Shown: positions 47,971-56,437 of the stretch, in pieces
Position numbering within the stretch: the stretch's first letter is position 1
How the letters are laid out: every line of letters starts with the position of its first letter
DNA from: an uncultured delta proteobacterium
Lineage (GTDB): Bacteria; Myxococcota; Myxococcia; Myxococcales; Myxococcaceae
DNA length: 64,000 nucleotides
Reading direction: 5' to 3'
NCBI GenBank assembly: GCA_963796055.1
Contig: CAWCKH010000004.1
Span: 3,296,001 to 3,360,000, forward strand
Position numbers and translations under genes: made by a program
Notes under the pieces: generated by a model
Seen by the model: the letters and a program-made list of their open reading frames with translations, nothing else
Databases searched by the model: none
Told to the model about the DNA's origin: nothing

Positions 47971-48663
47971 GTGCGCCCCTTCATCGTCGCCATCGACGGG
48001 CCGGCGGGAGCGGGGAAGAGCACCGTCTCCAAGCTGCTGGCCCGCCGGCTGGGGCTGTCCTTCGTGGACACCGGCGCGCTCTACCGGACGGTGGCGCTCT
48101 CGGCGCGGCGGCAGCGCATCGCCACCGGGGACGACGCCGGGCTGTCGGCGCTCCTGGGGCGCATCCGCATCTCGTTCCAGGCGGTGGGCGAGGAGAACCG
48201 GGTCTACCTCGATGGGGAGGACGTCTCGGGGGCGATCCGTACCCCGGAGATCTCGCTGCTGGCCAGCGCGGTCTCCGCCCGGCCAGTGGTGCGCGAGGGG
48301 CTGCTGGGCCTGCAGCGGCGGCTGGCGCTCGAGGCTCCGGTGGGGGCGGTGCTCGAGGGCCGCGACATCGGGACGGTGGTCTTCCCCGACGCCGACCTCA
48401 AGTTCTTCCTCGAGGCCAACCCGGACGTGCGGGCGCGTCGCCGGTACGAGGAGCTGTTCCAGAAGGGAGCGGAGAGCACGCTGGAAGCGGTGCTCGCCGA
48501 CCAGACCAAGCGCGACCGCGACGACGCCTCGCGCGCGGTGGCGCCGCTGAAGCCAGCCGAGGATGCGGTGCGGGTGGACAGCTCGGGCCTGCCCCTCTCC
48601 GAGGTGGTGCAGCGCCTCGAGCGCACCATCCGGGAGCGGATGGCGGGCCGGAGCGGCGCCTAG
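47971..48663 (+). CDS. cmk: cytidylate kinase
   Basis: AIDGPAGAGKST, DTGALYR, EGRDIGTVVFPDA. Confidence 0.96.
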   Translation: MRPFIVAIDGPAGAGKSTVSKLLARRLGLSFVDTGALYRTVALSARRQRIATGDDAGLSALLGRIRISFQAVGEENRVYLDGEDVSGAIRTPEISLLASAVSARPVVREGLLGLQRRLALEAPVGAVLEGRDIGTVVFPDADLKFFLEANPDVRARRRYEELFQKGAESTLEAVLADQTKRDRDDASRAVAPLKPAEDAVRVDSSGLPLSEVVQRLERTIRERMAGRSGA

Positions 48664-49254
48664 CTACGAGCCGCCCACCGCGCCGGTGCCGCAGGCCGGA
48701 CAGGGAGGCACCGCGCTGCCTGCCGAGGGTGGCGTCTCGAGATACAGGGTGATGCGCGACGAGACGATCCGGGGATTGCCCTGGGGGACGCAGTTGACGA
48801 AGTCCACCCCGGCGGTGGTCACCGTGTAGCCGTAGAACCCGAACGCCTCGACCACGGTCCAGGGCGGGATCCCGGGACCTCGGTCCATCAGCCACGTCTC
48901 GGTGCACCAGTTCGCTCCGCCACCGTTGGAGAGCTCCAGCGCCGGCCAGATGGCCTTGTCCAGATTCTGGATCTGGCGATCCCCCGTCCAGCCGTTCAGG
49001 ATGGCCGTCTGGTAGTTCGCGGCCGGGGTCAACACCGTCAGCGCCGCAGGGTAGTTGGAGCGGTAGACCGCCAGCTGCCGCTCGGCGGCGAGCGTGGCCC
49101 GCGCGGCGGCGATGCTCTGCCCGCGGGAGGCGATGCTCATCAGCAGCTGGTTCTCCGTGCGGCTGTAGATGAACGCTGCGATGAGCGAGAGAACCGCCGC
49201 CGCGGCGAGCACGACCAGGAGGACAAAGCCTCGGGGGGCAGGGGTTCGGCTCAT
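48664..49254 (-). CDS. pilX: PilX-like minor pilin
   Basis: RG/FVLLVVL prepilin site without Glu5, typical of PilX. Last gene of the cluster. Confidence 0.7.
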   Translation of the reverse strand: MSRTPAPRGFVLLVVLAAAAVLSLIAAFIYSRTENQLLMSIASRGQSIAAARATLAAERQLAVYRSNYPAALTVLTPAANYQTAILNGWTGDRQIQNLDKAIWPALELSNGGGANWCTETWLMDRGPGIPPWTVVEAFGFYGYTVTTAGVDFVNCVPQGNPRIVSSRITLYLETPPSAGSAVPPCPACGTGAVGGS

Positions 49255-50429
49255 GGGGTCACCGCGTTGCGGAAGAGGACCGACGTCTGCATGGTGGACC
49301 GGACCACGTTGTCCACCGTCGCCGGGAGATGGTTGAGCAGCGGCGGTGGCCCCTCCCCCGGGCGCCGCAGGGTTTCCTGCCCGCGCGAGGCGACCATGAT
49401 CTGTGCGCCGTAGATCGATGCTGCGGTCTGGGTGATCGCCGCCGTCCACGCCGGCTGGTCGAAGCCGCAGGTGGGGTCCCCGCCGGCAAGCTGGCACCAG
49501 CTACCCGCGGGGGACCAGCCGGTCGGAACGCGCCAGGCGATCTGGAGGTCATCCACGCCCTCGGCCACCATGATCGGGGGCAGCAGGTCGGTGGTGCAGA
49601 CCTGGACCCCGGTCCCCACCGGGTTACAGGGTGGGTTGGTCTGCATGTGAAGCCCGATGCGAGCGGGCCGTCCGGGCGCATCCGCAGTCTGGAAGACCAG
49701 ATACCGGTGTCGCTGCTGGACGACCTCCACCTGCATCAAAGGGCCGGGGCAGTTGGCCGGCCACGGCGTCGCCGAGGGCGCCAGGTTGACGTCCACGCTC
49801 TGGACGGTGAGCTGGGCGACCGCGCCACCGGCGATGGGCGGGACGACCCGGCCCATGCAGTGGATGTCGTCGTTCCAGAACATGAGCAGAGGGGCGAAGC
49901 TCCCCACCGCCGTCAGCTCGTTGGCGATGAACGGGTTGGGGGAGATGCGGAGGGTGCGCTGGTTGGGCAAGGGGATCCCCACCAGGCTCTGGACCTGCGC
50001 GGCCAGCCGTTGGGCGGTGGCCTGCTGCTCGCCCTGCAGCACCTCGAACGCATCCGTGCCGGGGATGAAGCCGGGCAGGGGAGGGGCGACCTGGACGATG
50101 GTGCTGGACGCCAGCAGGTCGTCCTGGAGCGTGGTGATGTTCGTGCCGAGATCGTCGTACGGGCGGACCACCACGGCGTAGGACACGCCGCCGTCCACCT
50201 GGGCGCCGCCGTGGAACCGAAGACCGGCGTTCTCCAGGTCCCGCTGCATCATGGTGAGCCCGAGCCCCGCCGTCGCCTGCGTCGAGAGCAGCCGCTCGGT
50301 GTTCCGCGCAAACTGGCTCTGGAGGTCGAACGCAGCCATCGCCGCGGTGATGATGATCAGTCCCACCGCGGCGGCGACCATCAGCTCCAGCAGGGTGAAG
50401 GCGCGCCGGCGCTCAGTTCGGACTGACAT
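49251..50429 (-). CDS. pilW: PilW-like minor pilin
   Basis: RRA/FTLLELMVA, RDLENAG, VAEGVDDLQI, C-terminal FRN. Confidence 0.8.
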   Translation of the reverse strand: MSVRTERRRAFTLLELMVAAAVGLIIITAAMAAFDLQSQFARNTERLLSTQATAGLGLTMMQRDLENAGLRFHGGAQVDGGVSYAVVVRPYDDLGTNITTLQDDLLASSTIVQVAPPLPGFIPGTDAFEVLQGEQQATAQRLAAQVQSLVGIPLPNQRTLRISPNPFIANELTAVGSFAPLLMFWNDDIHCMGRVVPPIAGGAVAQLTVQSVDVNLAPSATPWPANCPGPLMQVEVVQQRHRYLVFQTADAPGRPARIGLHMQTNPPCNPVGTGVQVCTTDLLPPIMVAEGVDDLQIAWRVPTGWSPAGSWCQLAGGDPTCGFDQPAWTAAITQTAASIYGAQIMVASRGQETLRRPGEGPPPLLNHLPATVDNVVRSTMQTSVLFRNAVTP

Positions 50430-50895
50430 AGGTCGCCTGGCTCACGGTGATGGGGTTCGCCCCGTTCGGCGGCTGGTTGGTGACCTGCACGGTCACGAAG
50501 TACGAGGGGACGGCGACGCTGCCGGTGCCCAGCTCGGGCGGCGGCAGCGCACCCGGCACGCCCGGCGGACCGGCAGTGTCCACGACGGTGACGGAGACGG
50601 TGTAGCTCTTGCCGCCGCCGTCGGGCTGCTCGGTCACCTTGTAGGGCGCAGGGCTGAACGGCGAGACGCCTCCGGTGGCGGTCTGCAGAGCGGTGAACCC
50701 CATCATCGACCAGCGCTCCAGCTCCTGGGTGGCCAGGCGGGCCGTCTGGGCGTAGCGCATGCCCTGGGCGGCGTTCGTCGCGCTCTTCACCGACAGCAGC
50801 GAGACCGCCACCACCGCGACGAAGAAGATGGCGCCAGCGACCAGCGCCTCCAGGAGCGTGAACCCCTTCCGCCTAAGGACACCAGGTCTCGCCAT
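50413..50895 (-). CDS. pilV: PilV-like minor pilin
   Basis: KG/FTLLEALVA, A..LA..ELE. Confidence 0.75.
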   Translation of the reverse strand: MARPGVLRRKGFTLLEALVAGAIFFVAVVAVSLLSVKSATNAAQGMRYAQTARLATQELERWSMMGFTALQTATGGVSPFSPAPYKVTEQPDGGGKSYTVSVTVVDTAGPPGVPGALPPPELGTGSVAVPSYFVTVQVTNQPPNGANPITVSQATYVSPN

Positions 50896-51463
50896 CGCGC
50901 TGTACCCTCGTCGTGCCATCGTTGAAGAGGATCACCGAGCGGACGATGCTGGGCTCGGTCAAATCACTCACCCGGATGCAGTACGGAAACGGGCCCGGCG
51001 CCGGGGTCACCGTGACCTGCCCGTTCATGTTGAAACCCACCTGGAACGGTGCCGGCTGCACCACCCCGGCCCCGGTGACGACCACCAGCGACTGCCCGTT
51101 GGTGGTGGGGAGGTTGTCCCGGGAGTAGTCCACCCGGTCCGTGAGGGCGACGTAGCTGACCACCGCCGTGGTCGGGTCCTGCTTGTAGAAGACGAAGCCC
51201 TGGTTGGCGTCGGCTCCTGCGGCTCCGGGGCCGTTCGGGCCGAAGAAGTAGCCTTGCGCCGCCCCCTGACTCACCGCGTTGGTGCGCACCGTCTGCAGCC
51301 GCTGGAGGACGAGCCGGGCCTCGGCGGCCACCCGGGAGACCTTCCGGGCGTTGCTGAGCGCATTGGCGGCCAGGGCGACCAGGATGGCGGAGATGGCCAC
51401 GGTGACCATCAGCTCCATCAGGGTGAAGCCCCGGGCTGCTCGCCTCACTTGACGCGTTGCCAT
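50873..51463 (-). CDS. fimU: FimU/FimT-like minor pilin
   Basis: RG/FTLMELMVTVAI, LQTVRTNAV, FNMNG. Confidence 0.75.
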   Translation of the reverse strand: MATRQVRRAARGFTLMELMVTVAISAILVALAANALSNARKVSRVAAEARLVLQRLQTVRTNAVSQGAAQGYFFGPNGPGAAGADANQGFVFYKQDPTTAVVSYVALTDRVDYSRDNLPTTNGQSLVVVTGAGVVQPAPFQVGFNMNGQVTVTPAPGPFPYCIRVSDLTEPSIVRSVILFNDGTTRVQRDGETWCP

Positions 51464-54400
51464 CCGCGCACCTTCACGGTCAGCGGTGAGCCCACCAGAT
51501 CGATCTGCCGGGGATGCGATGGGTCGGTCTCGTTGGCCACGTAGAGCTTGTTCCCCCGGACGATGGGAGCGCTGGGGATACCGCCCTGCCCCAGCTGCGC
51601 GTTGCGGCTGTCCCCCAGGTCGAGCTTGGCGACGGGAGCATCACCGTTGAACGGGTCCTTCAGCGCGAGCACCGGCAGCCCCGAGCGAGCGTCGAAGGCG
51701 TAGAGGAACCCGCGGCCGACCTCGCAGATGTGCCCGGCGGTCGAGACCGGCGCGTACGTGGTCACGAAGATGACGTTGTTCAGGAAGGCGGGATCCGCCA
51801 GCACCTTCTCCCCCGGATCGAAGCGGAGGACGAACAGTGGCGCGGCGCAGCCCGACCCGGTGTCCTGGAGCCCGTACAGGTAGTCGTAGGCGCCGAGCTG
51901 GCCCGGGTTGTCCGAGTCACCGGTGCCCACGTACACGTTCAGCGACCCGGTGGTGTCCAGGGCGAGCATCGGCCGATTGTAGATCTTCGGGCGGGGGATG
52001 CTGCTCAGGGGGAGCGTCAGCGGGACACCGCTCACCACCTGGACGCCGGTGGTGGCGTCGAGGATGGGCGTGGGGACGCTGTTGATGTTCAACGCGCAGG
52101 TGGGATTGGTGCTCGCCGGATCGAAGAATGGATCGGCGGAGGTGTTGCCCGGCTTCCAGGTGGTCATGTCCGAGCTGGTCAAGTCCATCCGCCAGATCTT
52201 CCCCTCGGTGTCCGCGAAGAAGACCTTCCGAGCGACGGCCCCGTCTCCCGGACGGAACAGAGTGGGCCGGGTGGCCACGCCGTTCGGCGCCGGATCGGCC
52301 GGGTCGTCCCAGATGGTGAAGGCGGCGCTCTTGGCCCCGTCGGTGAGGACCTGGCCGGTCTTGGCGTCGAGCACGTAGAACAGATTGCCCCAGGGCTGGA
52401 TGGCGTCCACTCCCGGGACCACGCCCCCGCCGATGAAGACCGACCACGGCTTCCCGGTGCTGATCTCGGTACGGGCGATGACCGGTGCCCCCCAGGTCTC
52501 GCCCAGGCGCGGGACGTACGCCCGCGAGGGGACCATGGTCAGCGGGGAGGAGACCTCCCACTTGGGCTGGGGGTCCGCAGGATCGGTGATGTCCAGGGCG
52601 TACAGACCGCCGCCGCCCTTGCCGAGCGCCCCGACCAGAAGCGTCCGCCACCCGTCCTTGACGGTGCACGGGCTGGCGCTGAACCCGGGGCCACAGACGT
52701 CCGCCACCGCCACGCTGCCGTCCACCCCGTAGTCGTGGGCGTGTCGCATGTTCTTCAGCTTGGGGAGAAGCTGCTGGGGGACGTAGCCCCAGCGCTCCTC
52801 GCCCGCCCCGGGTTGCGCCACCGGGAAGCCGCCGGCGTTGACCGTCACGTTGTCCTTCACCGCGTGGAGCATCCCGTCGTTGGCCCCGATGTAGACGGTC
52901 TTCTCGCGATTGACGATCAGGGGGTCGGCGCGGAACGCCGCGTAGGCCCCGGTCTCGGTGAGGTCGGGCCAGGTGGTGCTCTGGGAAGCGCCCTCCACCA
53001 CCGCCGGCACGGCGTGGAAGATGTCCGAGGCCCGCGAGGTCTTCTCGGTCTTCCCGTCGTCGAAGAGCTCTGGTGAGGTCGGCGCGCCCTTGTTGAGCAG
53101 GAAGGCGATGGTCTCCTTCGCCACCGAGGGCGAGCTGCCGTCGATGAGCGTCTCCAGCGCGGTCTGGTCCGCGGACAGGTTGCTGTTCCACCCCGCGGCG
53201 CTGACGCAGGTGTGCGTGCCGCCGGAGCAGCTGTCGTAGTCGAACCAGATCCGGTTGGCGGGGGGTGGGGCGCTGGGATTCAGCGAGGTGTAGACCTTCC
53301 GGGAGGGCTGGGCGTCGATCACGTCGCCGTATCGCCAGAGATAGTTGTAGTTCCCGTCGCTGGTGAGGGTGTTGGCCAGGTTGGGAAGGTTGGTGGTCTT
53401 GATGTCGATCGAGTCGAGCTTCCCCTGCCATTCCAGGCCCTGCAGGATCCGCATGTACCCGACGAACATCTCGGTGCCCAGCACGTTGACCACCGGCTTG
53501 GAGCGGGTGAAGTAGCCGGAGAGGATCTTCCCGAAGCTGATGTCCAGCGAGGCGAAGAGGCGGGCCTCGTCCGTTCCGTCGAGCGCCACGCCAGTCGTCA
53601 GGTCGAGCTTGCTGGCGTCGGTGGACGACACCGCCGTCCCGCCGGCGCGGGCCATCGCGTTCAGCTGGGAGGACGACAGGCCGAAGCCGATGACGAAGGT
53701 CTTCACGTCCACGTGGACGCCGCCGTTGGAGACCAGGTTCCGCAGATCGGTCACCGCGGCGACCGGGTCGTTGCCCGCGATCACCGGCTGCTCCTCACCA
53801 TCGGTGAGCAGGAGCACGTAGTACTTGCGGCCGCAGCCCGAATACGGATCGGTGTCGATGTAGCTCCGGAGGTACTCCGCGACGTTCTTCAGCGAGCCGG
53901 TCAGTGGCGTGAAGTCGCCGAAGTCCGGCATCTGGACCCCGGTGGGGTTGTTCACCGGGTCGTACCTGGACAGCATCTTGAGCAGCGGTCCGTCGGTGGC
54001 GGGAGTCGCCCCGTTCAGAGCGTTGTTCAGCGCCACGCCCTGCCAGGAGATGGCGGGGGTCACCTGGTCTGGCAGCTGCCCCCAGCCGCTGTTCCGGTTG
54101 GGAGGCATCGTCGCCGCGACGGCGCTGAACGCCGCCGGGGAGAGAGACGAGGTCGCCGCGGTCACCTCGTAGTTCACGTCGGGCACAGGGGGCGCCGCGG
54201 GTTGGGGGCCGTTGGTGACGGGCCCCGCCGGCTCGGTGTACGAGTACTGGAAACTGCAGATGCCGCCGCAGGCCGCGGGAACGAAGAGCGGGGGGCTCGG
54301 TGGGTTGGTGTCCGCCGGGTCGTAGATGTTCGCCATCAGGCTGACCCAGTAAGCGTCCCTGGCGCCGGTGGGGGCGATCCAGTCCCCCGAGTACGCGAGC

Positions 54401-56286
54401 GGGCTCGGCGGGAAGAGGGGATCGGTCAGGCTCGCCACCGGCTCGGCGGAGGGATAGGGCGGCAGATAGTTGGTGGTGAACGGCATCGCGCCCGGCCCGT
54501 ACGGGACGCCGGTGTAGCGGCCCAGCGGGTAGTTCGTGACGCCCACGGTGGTGTCGGTGTCCCAGGTGAGCTTGCACACCACCCCGCCCGAACACTGGGG
54601 GTGCGCAGCGCTGCCGGTCACCAGATTGGGGCAGTCCCCGTTGCTGAAGCTTCCCCCGCTGTAGGTGACCGCGCTCGGATACCCAGCGACGTCGTCGTTG
54701 CCGGTGTACGTCCAGGCGGTGGTGCCGAGGAGGTCGCCGTCGTTGGGAACGTAGGAGTACGTGTACTTGGGCGTGCTGTAGAAATCGGTGTCGAACTTGT
54801 AGTCGCAGTAGTCGGTGCCCTGGGCCGTGTTGTAGGTCCACTGCTGCGTCTGGTAGTCGCAGCGGACCGCGGTCGGGCGCCACTGGTAGATGGGCCGCTG
54901 GAACCGGCAGAAGTGCTGCTTGACCTCGCCAGCCACGGTGAAGTCGTTGATCATCGTCCAGGTGCAGCTCGAGCCGGCAGCGGCGCTACAGCCGGTCGCG
55001 GCGCTCGGCGTTCCGGCGCCCGGGCCACCGGTGGCGAGCGACTGCCATTCGGGTGGGCCGGCGCTGGAGGTGACCACCGTGCTCAGCGCCGGGCAGGTGA
55101 CTCCCAACGCCGTGATCAGCACGTCGACGGTGCTGCTCGTGGTGCCGACCAGCTGCCACGCCCCAGGAGGGGTGTAGATGCCGTCGTAGTAGTTGGTGAC
55201 CCCGCCGGTGAAGATGTTGTACGGCCCGGCGGTCTGGGCGATGGAGCAGCCGCCGAAGACCAGGTTGCACGAGGCGCCGACGCCCGAATACGGGCTCGTC
55301 TGGCCGCAGAGATCGGTGAACGGGACGGTCGTCGGCCCGGAGCGGGAATAGGTGATGCCTCCGGAGATGTACGGGTCGCCCAGGTCGGTGCCGGAGGTGA
55401 ACGGCGGGAACGGGGTCGTGTGCTGGCCGGTGAGCGTCAGGTCGCACGGATCGCCCGCGCAGACGCCGGCGTTGTAGCCGACAATCGGGTTGGTGCAGAC
55501 GCCGGGATTCACCAGGCTGACAATCCCCGCCGGGCTCACCGTGTGGTCAAAGTCGTAGGTGTACGTGCCGCCGTTCAGGGACGTGGCCCCGCCCGGCGAG
55601 ACCTGGCCGGGCGTGAGGGTGATGGTTACCTGGCTGCCGAGACCACTGGTGCCGTTGCCCACGTTCTTGCTGAGGACGTCACCGGTCAGGCCGGTTCCCA
55701 CGACCCACTTCCGGGTGGGATGGCTGGCAGGGATACCCGGTGGGGTGAAGCTGAACGGGGTGGCGGCCAGCCCGGTGGGCCCGCCCGGGCCGGTGGAGTC
55801 CAGGTCGTCGAGCACCGGGCCGAACTTGTAGGTGCCCCACGGCGCGTAGCCGAGCGAGATCTTGTCGTACCGGCACTGCGTCCCGACGGTCGAGGGGCGG
55901 CTGGTGAGCTGGTAGTACTGGCTGTAGCCCGACAGGCCCATCTCGATGCGCGGGCTGTACTTGGGCAAGGTGCGGTAGAGCGCGCGCTTGCCGATGCAGA
56001 ACTTGTTGCGGCACGCGGTGTCCGGCGTGGGGATGTTGGGGTCCCAGTCGTCGGCGATCGCGGTCGGATCGTCGTTCGGGTCCGAGGGCCGGTAGGCCAT
56101 CGACTTGCTGGTGTCGAAGATGATGAAGACCTTCGGGTTGTAGAAGTTCTGGAGGCCCGGCAGGTCGGTGACGCTCGGTCCCGCCGCCTGGGCGCGCGGA
56201 ATGCCGAGCGGCAGCGGGCCGGCTGCCATCACGAACACCAGAACCCACATCACCGAGAACTGGGAGACGAGCTTGAGGTGACGCAT
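51445..56286 (-). CDS. pilY1: PilY1 type IVa pilus tip adhesin with interrupted vWA domain
   Basis: Signal peptide, FDTSKSM...LLTDG...FVIGF vWA motifs, C-terminal PilY1 propeller (YIGANDGMLHA, ERWGYVP, YGVDG, YALDITDP, VYVGTG). Confidence 0.9.
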   Translation of the reverse strand: MRHLKLVSQFSVMWVLVFVMAAGPLPLGIPRAQAAGPSVTDLPGLQNFYNPKVFIIFDTSKSMAYRPSDPNDDPTAIADDWDPNIPTPDTACRNKFCIGKRALYRTLPKYSPRIEMGLSGYSQYYQLTSRPSTVGTQCRYDKISLGYAPWGTYKFGPVLDDLDSTGPGGPTGLAATPFSFTPPGIPASHPTRKWVVGTGLTGDVLSKNVGNGTSGLGSQVTITLTPGQVSPGGATSLNGGTYTYDFDHTVSPAGIVSLVNPGVCTNPIVGYNAGVCAGDPCDLTLTGQHTTPFPPFTSGTDLGDPYISGGITYSRSGPTTVPFTDLCGQTSPYSGVGASCNLVFGGCSIAQTAGPYNIFTGGVTNYYDGIYTPPGAWQLVGTTSSTVDVLITALGVTCPALSTVVTSSAGPPEWQSLATGGPGAGTPSAATGCSAAAGSSCTWTMINDFTVAGEVKQHFCRFQRPIYQWRPTAVRCDYQTQQWTYNTAQGTDYCDYKFDTDFYSTPKYTYSYVPNDGDLLGTTAWTYTGNDDVAGYPSAVTYSGGSFSNGDCPNLVTGSAAHPQCSGGVVCKLTWDTDTTVGVTNYPLGRYTGVPYGPGAMPFTTNYLPPYPSAEPVASLTDPLFPPSPLAYSGDWIAPTGARDAYWVSLMANIYDPADTNPPSPPLFVPAACGGICSFQYSYTEPAGPVTNGPQPAAPPVPDVNYEVTAATSSLSPAAFSAVAATMPPNRNSGWGQLPDQVTPAISWQGVALNNALNGATPATDGPLLKMLSRYDPVNNPTGVQMPDFGDFTPLTGSLKNVAEYLRSYIDTDPYSGCGRKYYVLLLTDGEEQPVIAGNDPVAAVTDLRNLVSNGGVHVDVKTFVIGFGLSSSQLNAMARAGGTAVSSTDASKLDLTTGVALDGTDEARLFASLDISFGKILSGYFTRSKPVVNVLGTEMFVGYMRILQGLEWQGKLDSIDIKTTNLPNLANTLTSDGNYNYLWRYGDVIDAQPSRKVYTSLNPSAPPPANRIWFDYDSCSGGTHTCVSAAGWNSNLSADQTALETLIDGSSPSVAKETIAFLLNKGAPTSPELFDDGKTEKTSRASDIFHAVPAVVEGASQSTTWPDLTETGAYAAFRADPLIVNREKTVYIGANDGMLHAVKDNVTVNAGGFPVAQPGAGEERWGYVPQQLLPKLKNMRHAHDYGVDGSVAVADVCGPGFSASPCTVKDGWRTLLVGALGKGGGGLYALDITDPADPQPKWEVSSPLTMVPSRAYVPRLGETWGAPVIARTEISTGKPWSVFIGGGVVPGVDAIQPWGNLFYVLDAKTGQVLTDGAKSAAFTIWDDPADPAPNGVATRPTLFRPGDGAVARKVFFADTEGKIWRMDLTSSDMTTWKPGNTSADPFFDPASTNPTCALNINSVPTPILDATTGVQVVSGVPLTLPLSSIPRPKIYNRPMLALDTTGSLNVYVGTGDSDNPGQLGAYDYLYGLQDTGSGCAAPLFVLRFDPGEKVLADPAFLNNVIFVTTYAPVSTAGHICEVGRGFLYAFDARSGLPVLALKDPFNGDAPVAKLDLGDSRNAQLGQGGIPSAPIVRGNKLYVANETDPSHPRQIDLVGSPLTVKVRGWQRVK

Positions 56287-56302
56287 CGCGAGGGGGAGCG
56301 AC

Positions 56303-56318
56303 AGCAAGGCACACGCCA
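56303..56318 (-). promoter_or_regulatory. sigma54 (-24/-12) promoter upstream of pilY1
   Basis: Minus strand TGGCGTGTGCCTTGCT, with GG and GC 12 nt apart. Confidence 0.6.
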
Positions 56319-56387
56319 CTCCGGAGCGGAGTTTTGCGGTGTGCTCCCGGGTGGTTGCTGCGACCCGGTCCCTCATCCGGAGGTCAA

Positions 56388-56414
56388 CGCAAACTTTGCC
56401 TCGCAAAGTTTGCG
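56388..56414. promoter_or_regulatory. perfect 12-bp inverted repeat, candidate enhancer-binding-protein site
   Basis: CGCAAACTTTGC-CTC-GCAAAGTTTGCG. Confidence 0.6.
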
Positions 56415-56437
56415 AAGGCCGAGGGTGTGCGCGCTGC

